Positions 31,590-42,512 are shown, counted from the first letter of the stretch. The stretch is DNA of 64,000 nucleotides from an uncultured Thermomonas sp. (GCA_965649855.1 CBFGMM010000001.1:27600-91599); one strand, 5' to 3'. A program made the numbers and translations. Notes: generated by a model from the letters alone, not told the origin.

Positions 31590-32939
31590 TCACTCCTCCC
31601 TGTGCACCGAGCGTCCCCGCCCGATGCCGTAATGGGCCAGGCCGGCGGCCTCGGCCTCGGCCGGTTCGTACAGGTTGCGCCCGTCGAACACCACCGCGTC
31701 GGCCAGCGACCGCGCCAGGCTGGCGAAGTCCGGACTGCGGAACTGCTTCCACTCGGTGACCACCACCAGTGCGTCCGCGCCGCGCAGGGCGTCGTCGGCC
31801 GTATCGCACAGCACCAGCCCTTCGCGCCGCCCGAGCACCCGCGCCGCCTCGCCCATCGCCTCGGGATCGTAGGCGCGCACGCCCGCACCGGCGGCCAGCA
31901 GCGCGTCCACCAGGGACAGGCTGGACGCTTCGCGCATGTCGTCCGTGTCCGGCTTGAAGGCCAGGCCCCAGATCGCCAGCGTCTTCCCGCGCAGGCCTTC
32001 GCGGCCACCATAGTGGCGCGCGATCAGTTCGAACAGATGGCCCTTCTGCGCCGTATTCACCGCCTCGACCGCCTCGAGCAGGCGCGGGACGACGCCGTGC
32101 TGCTGCGCGGTGCGCGCCAGCGCCCGCACGTCCTTCGGGAAGCAGGAGCCGCCATACCCCGCGCCGGGGTAGATGAAGTGCCAGCCGATGCGCGGGTCGG
32201 AGCCGATCCCCTGGCGCACCATCTCGACGTCGGCGCCCACCTGCTCGGCGATCCGCGCGATTTCGTTCATGAAACTGATCTTGGTGGCCAGCATCGCGTT
32301 CGCGGCGTACTTGGTCAGCTCCGCCGAACGCACGTCCATCGCCACGATGCGCTCGTGGTTGCGGTTGAACGGTGCGTAGACCCGGCGCAGCACCGCCACC
32401 GCGGCGGGGTTGTCGGCGCCCACCACGATCCGGTCGGGGCGCATGCAATCCTCGACGGCCGCGCCCTCCTTCAGGAATTCGGGATTGGACGCCACGTCGA
32501 ACGCAACGTCCACGCCGCGCTCCGCCAGCGCCCCGCGAATGGTGGCGCGCACCTGGTCGGCGGTGCCCACCGGCACGGTGGACTTGTCGACCACCAGGGT
32601 GGGTCGTTGCAGGTGCTGGCCGATGGTGCGCGCGACCTCGAGCACATGCCGCAGGTCGGCGCTGCCGTCCTCGCCCGGTGGCGTGCCGACGGCGATGAAG
32701 ATGACGTCCCCGTGCGCGATCCCGTGCGCGGCGTCGTTGGTGAAGCGCAGGCGCCCGGCGGCGTGGTTGGACCTGACCAGCGGGGTCAGGCCCGGCTCGT
32801 AGATGGGCACCACGCCCTGTTCCAGTCCGGCCACCTTGGTGGCGTCAATGTCGACGCAGACCACCTGGTGGCCGACCTCGGCCAGGCAGGCGCCGGTGAC
32901 CAGCCCCACGTAGCCGGTGCCGAAGATGCAAAGTCGCAT
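31590..32939 (-). CDS. ugd: UDP-glucose 6-dehydrogenase
   Basis: [24 protein letters not shown]..., GGSCFPKDV (catalytic Cys), [14 protein letters not shown]. Confidence 0.9.
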   Translation of the reverse strand: MRLCIFGTGYVGLVTGACLAEVGHQVVCVDIDATKVAGLEQGVVPIYEPGLTPLVRSNHAAGRLRFTNDAAHGIAHGDVIFIAVGTPPGEDGSADLRHVLEVARTIGQHLQRPTLVVDKSTVPVGTADQVRATIRGALAERGVDVAFDVASNPEFLKEGAAVEDCMRPDRIVVGADNPAAVAVLRRVYAPFNRNHERIVAMDVRSAELTKYAANAMLATKISFMNEIARIAEQVGADVEMVRQGIGSDPRIGWHFIYPGAGYGGSCFPKDVRALARTAQQHGVVPRLLEAVEAVNTAQKGHLFELIARHYGGREGLRGKTLAIWGLAFKPDTDDMREASSLSLVDALLAAGAGVRAYDPEAMGEAARVLGRREGLVLCDTADDALRGADALVVVTEWKQFRSPDFASLARSLADAVVFDGRNLYEPAEAEAAGLAHYGIGRGRSVHREE

Positions 32940-32959
32940 GCGCGATACCCCGGGCGAAA

Positions 32960-32976
32960 CGCACCGCAAGGGTGCG
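32960..32976 (-). terminator. rho-independent-type terminator after the first FKBP gene
   Basis: The reverse strand reads GCGCACC-cttgc-GGTGCGTTTCG, 20 nt after the TAA at 32997. The U-run is short. Confidence 0.4.
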
Positions 32977-32996
32977 CCGCCCGCGTTGCAATCGCC

Positions 32997-33779
32997 TTAC
33001 CGGGCGGCGCCCGGCTTGACGATCTCCATCAGCTCGACCTCGAACACCAGGGTCTGGTTCGGCCCGATGGTCGGCGGCGCCTGCTCGCCGTAAGCCAGGG
33101 AGGCCGGGATCCAGAACTTGTACTTGGAGCCCACCGGCATCAGCTGCAGGCCCTCGGCCCAGCCGGGGATCACGCCCTGCAGCGGCATCACGGCGGGTTC
33201 GCCGCGGTCGTAGGAGCTGTCGAAGGTCTTGCCGTCCAGCAGGCTGCCCTTGTAGTGCACCTTCACGCCGTCGTTGGCGCCCGGCTTGGCGCCCTTGCCC
33301 TCGGTCAGCACCTGGTACTGCAGGCCGGACGCCGTGGTCACCACGCCGGGCTTCTTGCCGTTCTCGGCCAGGAACGCCTGGCCCTTCTCCACGTTCGCCT
33401 TCGCGTCGGCCATCATCTTGGCGATCTGCTTGGCCTGCATCTTCTGGCCAAAGGTCTCGAAGATCTCGCGCGCCTGGTCCTCGGTCAGCAGGACCTTCTC
33501 GCCCGCGACCTGCGCGCGCATCGCCTTGACCACGGTGTCCAGGTTGACCTCTTCCTTGATCTCGCCGAGCTGCTTGCCCATGGCCAGGCCGATCGTGTAG
33601 CTGATCTGCTCCTTCTCGGTCGGCAGGCCCGGATAGCCGGTCTTCTCGGCGGCGTCCTTGCCCGCTTCCGCGGCCGTGGCGGCCTCGGCGTCGGCGGGCT
33701 TCTTCGCGGCCTTGTCGCAGGCGGACAATGCCAGGGTGCTGGCGAGGGCGATCACGGTGGCGCGGACTGCGTGCTTCAT
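32997..33779 (-). CDS. FKBP-type peptidyl-prolyl cis-trans isomerase, Mip/FkpA-like lipoprotein
   Basis: MKHAVRATVIALASTLALSAC (lipobox), a dimerisation helix region, then GLQYQVLTEGKG...VHYKGSLLDGKTFDSSYDRGEP...VIPGWAEGLQLM...FWIP...AYG. Confidence 0.88.
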   Translation of the reverse strand: MKHAVRATVIALASTLALSACDKAAKKPADAEAATAAEAGKDAAEKTGYPGLPTEKEQISYTIGLAMGKQLGEIKEEVNLDTVVKAMRAQVAGEKVLLTEDQAREIFETFGQKMQAKQIAKMMADAKANVEKGQAFLAENGKKPGVVTTASGLQYQVLTEGKGAKPGANDGVKVHYKGSLLDGKTFDSSYDRGEPAVMPLQGVIPGWAEGLQLMPVGSKYKFWIPASLAYGEQAPPTIGPNQTLVFEVELMEIVKPGAAR

Positions 33780-33861
33780 CGAATCTTGACTCCTGTAGGC
33801 GACGGCAAGCGGCCCCCCGCCGGGCGGGGACGCCGCATCGGATTTTCGGGGACGCAGCCGG

Positions 33862-34779
33862 TTACTGGATGCCCAGCAATTCGACGTCGAACACCAGTGT
33901 TGCATTGGGACCGATCGGCCCGCCGGGAGTTCCCTGCGCGCCATAGGCCAGGTGGCCCGGGATCCAGAAGCGGTACTTGCCGCCGACCGGCATCAGGGCG
34001 AGGCCCTCGGTCCAGCCGGCGATGACCTGGTTGAGGCCGAATTCGGCGGGCTGGCCGCGCTCGTAGGAGCTGTCGAAGACGGTCCCGTCCAGCAGCGCGC
34101 CCTGGTAGTTCACCCGCACCTTCTGGCCGGGCTTGGGGCGCGCGCCGCTGCCCTGGCGCAGCACCATGTACTGCAGTCCGCTGGGCGTGGCGAACACGCC
34201 CTTCACCGACTTGTTCCTGGCCAGGAATTCCTCGCCTGCCTTCAAGCCGGCGCTGGCGCGGGCGTCCATCTCGGCCTTGGCCTCCGCCTCGAGGCGCGCC
34301 GAGAACGCGGCGCGCAGCTGGTTGGCCTCGGCCTCGCCCAGCAGCGGCGTGCCGGCCGGATCGGCGGCGGCGCGGAAGCCCTGCATGAAGCTGGACACCG
34401 GGAATTCGTCCTTGATCGCGGCCAGCGAGCGGCCCACGTCGGCGCCGACCAGCAGGCCCACCTGGCTGCGATCCACCGCGGCGGCGGGCTTGGTGCCCGC
34501 CTTGCGTGCCTGGATGCTGGCCATCAGCGCCTGGCCGGTCTTCTTCAGGCTGGCCTCGTCCAGCAGGGGCTGGCCACCGGCCAGGCCGTTCTCCACCGCG
34601 CGCTGGAAGGCGGCCAGGTCCATGTCGGGCACCGCCGGCGCCACCGACTTGCCCACGTCCATGCCGATCATGTAGCCGATCTTCTCGCGCTCGCCCATGC
34701 CGGCCGCCGGCTGCGCCAGCGCGAGCGCGGGCATCATGGCGAGCAGCAGCGCGCAGGCGGCGCGCAGGTGGAAGGTCAT
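33862..34779 (-). CDS. FKBP-type peptidyl-prolyl cis-trans isomerase, Mip-like, secreted (paralog)
   Basis: [22 protein letters not shown] (signal peptide), then [12 protein letters not shown]...[22 protein letters not shown]...[12 protein letters not shown]...[10 protein letters not shown]. Confidence 0.85.
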   Translation of the reverse strand: MTFHLRAACALLLAMMPALALAQPAAGMGEREKIGYMIGMDVGKSVAPAVPDMDLAAFQRAVENGLAGGQPLLDEASLKKTGQALMASIQARKAGTKPAAAVDRSQVGLLVGADVGRSLAAIKDEFPVSSFMQGFRAAADPAGTPLLGEAEANQLRAAFSARLEAEAKAEMDARASAGLKAGEEFLARNKSVKGVFATPSGLQYMVLRQGSGARPKPGQKVRVNYQGALLDGTVFDSSYERGQPAEFGLNQVIAGWTEGLALMPVGGKYRFWIPGHLAYGAQGTPGGPIGPNATLVFDVELLGIQ

Positions 34780-34829
34780 CGCGGACTCCTGTGGTGGACG
34801 CGCCGGCACACCCGGCGCGCAAGCCGCCT

Positions 34830-34858
34830 ATTGTGGGATGCCGGCCGGGTGCCGGCAA
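34830..34858 (-). promoter_or_regulatory. candidate sigma70 promoter TTGCCG-N17-CACAAT for the FKBP pair
   Basis: The reverse strand has TTGCCG (34858-34853) and CACAAT (34835-34830), followed by a roughly 45 nt leader with a CAGGAG SD. Confidence 0.4.
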
Positions 34859-34868
34859 TTCCCGCGGT

Positions 34869-35450
34869 TCAGCGTCCTTTACGCGACGGTGCCGGCGCGG
34901 GCCTGGCGAGCGCGGTCTCGATGGCCGCCACCAGCGCCTTGTCGTCCGGCGTGGTGCGCGATCCGAAGCTGGCCACCACCCGCCCGTCGCGGCCGATCAC
35001 GTACTTGTGGAAATTCCACTTCGGCGCCTCGCCGGTGGCGCGCAGCAGGTCCCGGTACAACCCGGTGGCCTTGTCGCCGGTGACGTGGACCTTCTCGAAC
35101 ATCGGGAACTTCACGCCATAGGTCAGCGTGCAGAACTCCTGGATCTGCTTTTCGTCGGTGAACTCCTGCTCCCTGAAGTCGCCCGACGGGAAGCCCAGGA
35201 CCGCGAAGCCCCGGCGGCCGTACTTCGCATGCAGCGCCTCCAGGCCCTCGAACTGCGGGGTGAACCCGCACTTGCTGGCGGTATTGACCACCAGCAGCAC
35301 CTTGCCCGCGTACGCGGACTGCAGGTGCACGGGCTGCTTGCCGGCCAGCGGCCGATACCGGTGGTCCAGCAGCCCGGCCGGGCCGGCGGCGGCCAGCGTG
35401 AGCGGCAGGAGCAGGGCGAGCGCGAACAGGGCAAGGCGGGTGCGGGTCAT
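34869..35450 (-). CDS. glutathione peroxidase (exported, BtuE/Gpx-like)
   Basis: A signal peptide (MTRTRLALFALALLLPLTLAAAG) is followed by LLVVNTASKCGFTPQFEGLEALH...LGFPSGDFREQE...KWNFHKY. Confidence 0.9.
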   Translation of the reverse strand: MTRTRLALFALALLLPLTLAAAGPAGLLDHRYRPLAGKQPVHLQSAYAGKVLLVVNTASKCGFTPQFEGLEALHAKYGRRGFAVLGFPSGDFREQEFTDEKQIQEFCTLTYGVKFPMFEKVHVTGDKATGLYRDLLRATGEAPKWNFHKYVIGRDGRVVASFGSRTTPDDKALVAAIETALARPAPAPSRKGR

Positions 35451-35503
35451 GGCAAGGCTCCGGGGCATGCGCGGAGTATGACTTCAGTTGGGTCGACCGG
35501 TGC

Positions 35504-35531
35504 TTGACGCCGGAAATTGTAGTGTTATAGT
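35504..35531 (+). promoter_or_regulatory. sigma70 promoter TTGACG-N16-TATAGT of the GntR/ABC/DUF2884 operon
   Basis: TTGACG lies at 35504-35509 and TATAGT at 35526-35531. The patch is locally AT-rich in otherwise GC-rich DNA, about 32 nt before the ATG at 35570. Confidence 0.55.
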
Positions 35532-35540
35532 TGCCTACAA
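35517..35540 (+). promoter_or_regulatory. inverted repeat TTGTAG-N12-CTACAA overlapping the -10 element; candidate YtrA/GntR operator
   Basis: These are perfect 6-bp arms at 35517-35522 and 35535-35540. Confidence 0.4.
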
Positions 35541-35569
35541 CACCGAGACCCCAGAGCAGGACGTTCACC

Positions 35570-35833
35570 ATGAACCGCAAGCTCCACAACTCCCTGATGG
35601 CCCTGGTCGCGTCGTGCGGGCTGCTGGCCGTCGGCCTGATGGCCGCCTCCCCCACCACGCCGGCGCCGTATGCCCCGGCCGGGGCGGCACTGGTCCAGCT
35701 CGACGCCGACGCGGACGCCACCACGGCCGCCCGCGACGCGCTGGCCGAACGGCCGTCCGCGCCCAAGCGCAACCTGCGGCGCGGGCGCCCGTCGGTCGCC
35801 ATGCCGTTCTTTTCCTTCGCGCCGCGGGGCTGA
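35570..35833 (+). CDS. small exported/membrane-anchored protein (87 aa), unknown function
   Basis: MNRKLHNSLMALVASCGLLAVGLMAAS is a hydrophobic N-terminus. It is followed by an Ala/Pro/Asp-rich region and a basic C-terminus ending MPFFSFAPRG. GC3 is high. The stop lies 4 nt before the GntR ATG. Confidence 0.5.
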   Translation: MNRKLHNSLMALVASCGLLAVGLMAASPTTPAPYAPAGAALVQLDADADATTAARDALAERPSAPKRNLRRGRPSVAMPFFSFAPRG

Positions 35834-35837
35834 AGCC

Positions 35838-36209
35838 ATGAATGCAATCGAATGGAGCGACGGCGCTCCCATCTACCGCCAGCTGAAGGAACGCGTCGTC
35901 GCGATGATGCTCGACGGCGTGCTGAAGCCGGGCGACGCGCTGCCCTCCGTGCGCCAGGTGGCCGCGGAGTACCAGCTGAATCCGATCACCGTCTCGCGCG
36001 CCTACCAGGAGCTCGCGGACGAAGAACTCGTCGAGAAACGAAGGGGACTGGGCATGTATGTCACGGAGGGCGCCAACGCGCGCCTGCTGTCGAGCGAACG
36101 CGATCGCTTCCTGCGCGAGGAATGGCCGCTGGTGCTGGAGCGCATCCAGCGGCTGGGGCTGGAACCCGCCGAACTGCTGGATCCGAAGCGCAAGTGGGGG
36201 CCCAAGTAA
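35838..36209 (+). CDS. GntR-family transcriptional regulator, short YtrA subfamily
   Basis: 123 aa with PIYRQLKERVVAMMLDGVLKPGDALPSVRQVAAEYQLNPITVSRAYQELADEELVEKRRGLGMYV (GntR wHTH) and a short helical C-terminal domain. Confidence 0.85.
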   Translation: MNAIEWSDGAPIYRQLKERVVAMMLDGVLKPGDALPSVRQVAAEYQLNPITVSRAYQELADEELVEKRRGLGMYVTEGANARLLSSERDRFLREEWPLVLERIQRLGLEPAELLDPKRKWGPK

Positions 36210-37096
36210 TGGACATTCCGATGACGAGCACGCAGACCAACACGGTCGTCGCCGCGCGCGGCCTGCGCAAGGCGTACAAGAACAAGCTCGCGCTGGACGG
36301 CGCCAGCTTCGACATCCCCGCAGGCCGCATCGTGGGCCTGATCGGCCCGAACGGCGCCGGCAAGACCACCGCGCTCAAGGCGATCCTGGGCCTGACCCCG
36401 TTCGAGGGCGAGCTCAAGGTGCTGGGCCGCGACCCGCGCAGCCAGCGCGACGACCTGATGAACGATGTCTGCTTCATCGCCGACGTGGCCGTGCTGCCGC
36501 GCTGGATCAAGGTGAGCCAGGCGGCCGAGTTCGTGGCCGGCGTGCACCCGCGCTTCGACCGCGCCCGCTTCGAGCGTTTCATCGCCAATACCCAGCTCAC
36601 CCCGGGCCTGCGGGTGCGCGAGATGTCCAAGGGCATGATCGTGCAACTGCACCTGGCCCTGGTGATGGCGATCGACGCCCGCCTGCTGGTGCTGGACGAG
36701 CCCACCCTGGGCCTGGACATCCTCTACCGCAAGCAGTTCTACCAGCGCCTGCTGGAGGACTACTTCGACGAGGAGAAGACCATCCTGGTCACCACCCACC
36801 AGGTCGAGGAGATCGAGCACATCCTCACCGACGTGATGTTCATCCGCGACGGCCGGATCGTGCTGGACGCCTCGATGGACGAGGTGGGTGCGCGCTACGT
36901 CGAGGTGCTGGTCAGCGCGGACCGGCTGGAGGCGGCGCGCGCGCTGAAGCCGGTCGACGAACGCAGCCTGCCGTTCGGCAAGACCGTGATGCTGTTCGAT
37001 GGCGTGCCGGAGACCCAGCTGGCCGCCCTGGGCGAGACCCGCGCGCCGGGCCTGGCCGACCTGTTCGTTGCCACCATGAAGGGAACCTACGCATGA
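36209..37096 (+). CDS. ABC transporter ATP-binding protein (ABC-2/DRA type)
   Basis: GLIGPNGAGKTT (Walker A), MSKGMIVQL (degenerate signature), LLVLDEPTLGLD (Walker B). TAATG overlaps upstream and ATGA overlaps downstream. Confidence 0.9.
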   Translation: MDIPMTSTQTNTVVAARGLRKAYKNKLALDGASFDIPAGRIVGLIGPNGAGKTTALKAILGLTPFEGELKVLGRDPRSQRDDLMNDVCFIADVAVLPRWIKVSQAAEFVAGVHPRFDRARFERFIANTQLTPGLRVREMSKGMIVQLHLALVMAIDARLLVLDEPTLGLDILYRKQFYQRLLEDYFDEEKTILVTTHQVEEIEHILTDVMFIRDGRIVLDASMDEVGARYVEVLVSADRLEAARALKPVDERSLPFGKTVMLFDGVPETQLAALGETRAPGLADLFVATMKGTYA

Positions 37097-38151
37097 ACGC
37101 CGTCGTCAACGAATCCCGCGTCCCGTCGCGGGTGGCGCCCCACCCCACCCACATGTTCCGGCTCCTGCTGCGCCGCGAGTTCTGGGAACACAAGGGCGGC
37201 CTGCTGTGGGCGCCGCTGGTGGCCGGCGGCATCTTCCTGCTGTTCACCCTGCTGGGCGGCGGCGCCGGCCAGATGGCCTTCCAGCGCCATGGCGGCAAGA
37301 CCGTCTGGATCGACGGCACCGAGCATCGCCTGGGCGAAGTTGACTGGGGCGACCTGATCGCCAGCGCATCGCCCGACGACCTGCGCCAGCTGCACGACGT
37401 GGTCAACGGCATGACCCTGATGTCGGCCACCTGGCCCCTGCTGGTGTTCGGCTTCGTGGTGTTCTTCTACCTGCTGGGCAGCCTGTACGACGAGCGCAAG
37501 GACCGCAGCGTGCTGTTCTGGAAGTCGCTGCCGGTCTCCGACCGCGCCACCGTGCTGTCCAAGCTGGTGACCGCGATCGTGGTCGGGCCGCTGCTGGCGG
37601 TGGGGCTGGGGATCGCGGTGATGCTGGGCTTCGGCCTGCTGGCCAGCGCCTTCATCGCGATCAACGGCGCCAACCCCTTCACCCTGTACTGGGCGCAGCT
37701 GGACCCCGTGCTGATCATGGGCACCCTGCTCTCCTGGATCCCGATGTACATCCTGTGGGCCCTGCCCACCGCCGGCTGGCTGCTGCTGTGCTCCGCCTGG
37801 GCCAAGAGCAAGCCGTTCCTGTGGGCCATCCTGCTGCCGGTGTTCGCCGGGCTGCTGGTGAGCTGGTTCGACCTGCTGCGCTTCGCCAGGCTGGAAAGCG
37901 GCTGGTTCTGGGAGAACATCGTCGCCCGCCTGCTGACCAGCGCGTGGCCGGGCAGCCACCTGCTGGGCGTGGTGGACAACGAGACCATGGACGCGGCCTC
38001 GCGGCGCGGCCTGGACCTGGTGGACTTCGCCGGCATGCTGTCCGCCACCGAACTGCTGGCAAGCCCCAGCCTGTGGATCGGCGCGCTGGCCGGCGCCGCG
38101 ATGATCGCTGGAGCGATCCGCCTGCGCCGCCTGCGCGAGCTGGCCGACTGA
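37093..38151 (+). CDS. ABC-2-type permease-like integral membrane protein
   Basis: 352 aa with about 6 hydrophobic helices and a roughly 60 aa loop after TM1. It is translationally coupled to the ATPase. Confidence 0.7.
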   Translation: MNAVVNESRVPSRVAPHPTHMFRLLLRREFWEHKGGLLWAPLVAGGIFLLFTLLGGGAGQMAFQRHGGKTVWIDGTEHRLGEVDWGDLIASASPDDLRQLHDVVNGMTLMSATWPLLVFGFVVFFYLLGSLYDERKDRSVLFWKSLPVSDRATVLSKLVTAIVVGPLLAVGLGIAVMLGFGLLASAFIAINGANPFTLYWAQLDPVLIMGTLLSWIPMYILWALPTAGWLLLCSAWAKSKPFLWAILLPVFAGLLVSWFDLLRFARLESGWFWENIVARLLTSAWPGSHLLGVVDNETMDAASRRGLDLVDFAGMLSATELLASPSLWIGALAGAAMIAGAIRLRRLRELAD

Positions 38152-38173
38152 CCCGCGACCCGAGGATTCCGAC

Positions 38174-38824
38174 ATGACCCTGCAACGCCTGCTTGCCCCC
38201 GTCGCGCTCGGCCTGGCCCTGGCCGGGCCGGCCGCCGCCAACGACCACCCCGCCGGCATCCGCGCGGAGATCCGCCAGGACCTGGCCGAGGCCCGCCGCG
38301 AGGTGCGGGTCGACCTGGCCAAGGCCAGGCGCGAGCTGGAGACCGACAACCTGCGGCTGGACAACAGCATGGTGTTCGGCCAGCGGCGCAAGGCGGATGC
38401 CGCGCTGCCCAAGGCGGAGATCACCCCGCAGGGCGACCTGCTGATCGACGGCCGCGCGCAACCGGTCGATGCCGGCCAGCGCCGCGAACTGCTGGACTAC
38501 CGCCGCCAGGTGATCGAACTGGCCAAGGCCGGGATCGATATCGGCGAGCGCAGCGCGGAGGTGGCGCTGGCCGCGGTGGACGTGCCGGTCACCAGCCTGC
38601 TGTTCGGCGCGTTCACCGGCGGCCTGGAGCGCAGGATCGAACGCACCATCGCCCGCGAACTGGAACCCGCCGTGCGCGGCCTGTGCAGGCAGCTGCCGGC
38701 GCTGATGGCGTCGCAGCAGCGGCTGGCGGCCAGCGTCCCGCAGTTCCGCCCCTACGCCAACCTGCGCCGCGAGGATCTGGACGACTGCACCCGCCTGGGC
38801 CGCGACGCCTTCGCGAACCGCTGA
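38174..38824 (+). CDS. secreted DUF2884 (YggN-like) protein
   Basis: A signal peptide (MTLQRLLAPVALGLALAGPAAA-ND) is followed by the motif EITPQGDLLIDGRAQPVDAGQRRELLDYRRQ. This resembles the E. coli YggN core as I recall it. It starts 22 nt after the permease. Confidence 0.6.
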   Translation: MTLQRLLAPVALGLALAGPAAANDHPAGIRAEIRQDLAEARREVRVDLAKARRELETDNLRLDNSMVFGQRRKADAALPKAEITPQGDLLIDGRAQPVDAGQRRELLDYRRQVIELAKAGIDIGERSAEVALAAVDVPVTSLLFGAFTGGLERRIERTIARELEPAVRGLCRQLPALMASQQRLAASVPQFRPYANLRREDLDDCTRLGRDAFANR

Positions 38825-38849
38825 GTTCCCACATCACTGGAGCGCCCCG

Positions 38850-39641
38850 ATGCAACGCAGCCCCCTCCTCCTCGCCGCCTTCGCCCTGGTCCTGTCGGCC
38901 TGCGCACGCGACGCGACGCCACCCCCGACCGCGCGCGCGGACGATGCCCCGAAGACCTTCCTGGGCAGGCAGGTCGACAAGGCGCTCGACGAAGCCCGGC
39001 GCGAGCTGCACGCCGGCAACCTGACCCTGGGCGACGGGGTGGACATCAGCGTCAACGGCAAGCGGGTGTCCACCGCGAAGCGCGACCCGGCCCTGCCCAA
39101 GGGCGAGATCACCCCGCAGGGCGACCTGCTGGTGGGAGGGCGGCCGGTCGACATCACGCCCGCCCAGCGCCGCCAGTTGCTGGACTACCGCAAGGGCATC
39201 CTCGGCATCGCCGAGGCCGGCATGGAGATCGGCGGCCAGGGCGCGGACCTGGCTGGCGCGGCGCTCGGCGGCGTGGTCGGCGCCATCTTCGGCGGCCGCG
39301 AGGGCGAGCAGGCCTTCGAGCAACGCATGGCGGCAGAAGGCGAGAAGCTGCGCGTGCATGCCGGCAAGCTGTGCGCCCTGCTTCCGGGGGTGCTGGCGCA
39401 GCAGCAGGCGCTGGCCGCGTCGCTGCCGGCATTCGCGCCGTACGCGCGGATGGAGCAGGCCGACGTGGACGAATGCCTGCGCGAGACGGCCGAAGGAAGC
39501 CAGCACGACCGCGAGGCGATTCGCGCCGAGATCCGCCAGGGGATCCGCGAAGGCATCCGCGAGACGGTGCGCGTGCGCAGTGGCGGCAACGAAGCCGACG
39601 AGGCCGCCGCCGCGGCCGCAGCGCCCGCGCCGGCCAACTGA
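38850..39641 (+). CDS. DUF2884 (YggN-like) lipoprotein, paralog of the preceding gene
   Basis: It has a lipobox (LVLSAC) and EITPQGDLLVGGRPVDITPAQRRQLLDYRKG. The C-terminal Cys-containing segment is shared (KLCALLPGVLAQQQALAASLPAF versus GLCRQLPALMASQQRLAASVPQF). Confidence 0.6.
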   Translation: MQRSPLLLAAFALVLSACARDATPPPTARADDAPKTFLGRQVDKALDEARRELHAGNLTLGDGVDISVNGKRVSTAKRDPALPKGEITPQGDLLVGGRPVDITPAQRRQLLDYRKGILGIAEAGMEIGGQGADLAGAALGGVVGAIFGGREGEQAFEQRMAAEGEKLRVHAGKLCALLPGVLAQQQALAASLPAFAPYARMEQADVDECLRETAEGSQHDREAIRAEIRQGIREGIRETVRVRSGGNEADEAAAAAAAPAPAN

Positions 39642-39657
39642 CCGGCGTTGCCCGCGA

Positions 39658-41064
39658 TCAGCCGGGGTCCGACTGGATCCCGCCGCGGGTCAGCGCCGTG
39701 GGATCGAGGAGCCGCCGCAGGGCGGCTTCGTCCATGCCGGTGTCCTCGCGGGCGACCTCCAGCACCGGGCGTCCTTCCGCGTAGGCGCGCTTGGCGATCC
39801 TGGCCGCGGCGTCGTAGCCGATCAGCGGGTTCAGCGCGGTCACCAGGATCGGGTTGCGGCCCAGCGCCGCTTCCACCCCGGCCTTGCGGATGCGCAGCCC
39901 GGCGATCGCCTGGTCGGCCAGGGCGCGCATGCCGGCGGCCAGCAGCCCGGCCGCCTCGTCCAGGTCGCAGGCGATCAGCGGCAACATCACGTTGAGCTGG
40001 AAGTTGCCGCTCTGCCCGGCGATCGACACCGCGTGGTGCAGGCCCATCACCTGCGCGCAGGCCATGCACAGGGCCTCGGGAATCACCGGGTTGACCTTGC
40101 CGGGCATGATCGACGAACCCGGCTGCAGGGCCGGCAACTCGATCTCGCCCAACCCCGCCAGCGGCCCGGAATTCATCCAGCGCAGGTCGTTGCCGATCTT
40201 CATCAGCGCCACCGCCAGCGCGTTGTACTGGCCCGACAGTTCCACCAGGTCGTCCTGCGCGGCCAGGCCCTCGAAGGTGTTGGCGGCCTGCGCGAACTTC
40301 GCGCCGGTCGCCGCCGACAGCGCACGCGCCACGCCCTTGCCGAACTTCGGATGCGCGTTGATCCCGGTGCCGATCGCGGTGCCGCCGACCGGCAGCCGGC
40401 GCACCCGCGCCAGGCAGTCCTCGATCCGCCCCCGGGCGGACTCCAGCTGCGCCGACCAGGCGGAGAACTCCTGGGCGAAGGTCAGCGGCATCGCGTCCAT
40501 CAGGTGGGTGCGGCCGGTCTTGGCGGTCCTGCCGATCGCCTTGCCGCGCCTGTCGATGGTCCTGCGCAGGTGCGCCAGCGCGGGCAGCACGTCCCGCCTG
40601 GCGCCGGCGACCGCCATCACCCGCAGCGCGGTGGGGATCACGTCGTTGCTGCTCTGGCCCAGGTTCACGTGGTCGTTGGGATGTACGTCCAGGCCGGAGG
40701 CGTTCGCCGCCAGCCGCGCGATCACCTCGTTGGCATTCATGTTGCTGGAGGTGCCGGAGCCGGTCTGGTAGCGGTCCACCGGGAACTGGTCGGCCTGCGC
40801 GCCGCCGGCGATGGCGGTGGCCGCGTCCACGATCGCGTCCGCGCGGGCGCGGTCCAGCAGCCCGAGGTGGCCGTTCACCAGCGCCCCGGCGGCCTTGACC
40901 AGCGCCAGCGCCTGCACGAAACCGCCCGGCATCGGGCGGCCGGAGAGTCGGAAGTTCCCCAGCGCACGCTGGGTCTGCGCGCCCCAGAGCGCGTCGGCGG
41001 GCACCTGCAACGCGCCCATGCTGTCGTGCTCGGTGCGGAATCCGGTTGCCTTGCGGGCGGCCAT
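39658..41064 (-). CDS. fumC: class II fumarate hydratase
   Basis: HDSMGALQVPADALWGAQTQRA, TGSGTSSNMNANEV, GSSIMPGKVNP (signature). The start is set at the ATG at 41064, preceded by a GGAGAC SD. Confidence 0.9.
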   Translation of the reverse strand: MAARKATGFRTEHDSMGALQVPADALWGAQTQRALGNFRLSGRPMPGGFVQALALVKAAGALVNGHLGLLDRARADAIVDAATAIAGGAQADQFPVDRYQTGSGTSSNMNANEVIARLAANASGLDVHPNDHVNLGQSSNDVIPTALRVMAVAGARRDVLPALAHLRRTIDRRGKAIGRTAKTGRTHLMDAMPLTFAQEFSAWSAQLESARGRIEDCLARVRRLPVGGTAIGTGINAHPKFGKGVARALSAATGAKFAQAANTFEGLAAQDDLVELSGQYNALAVALMKIGNDLRWMNSGPLAGLGEIELPALQPGSSIMPGKVNPVIPEALCMACAQVMGLHHAVSIAGQSGNFQLNVMLPLIACDLDEAAGLLAAGMRALADQAIAGLRIRKAGVEAALGRNPILVTALNPLIGYDAAARIAKRAYAEGRPVLEVAREDTGMDEAALRRLLDPTALTRGGIQSDPG

Positions 41065-41117
41065 GGAGTCTCCAGTCCTCGAAACGCAGGACCGAGCATA
41101 GCGCCGGCGCGGTTTAG

Positions 41118-42512
<1,395 letters not shown>

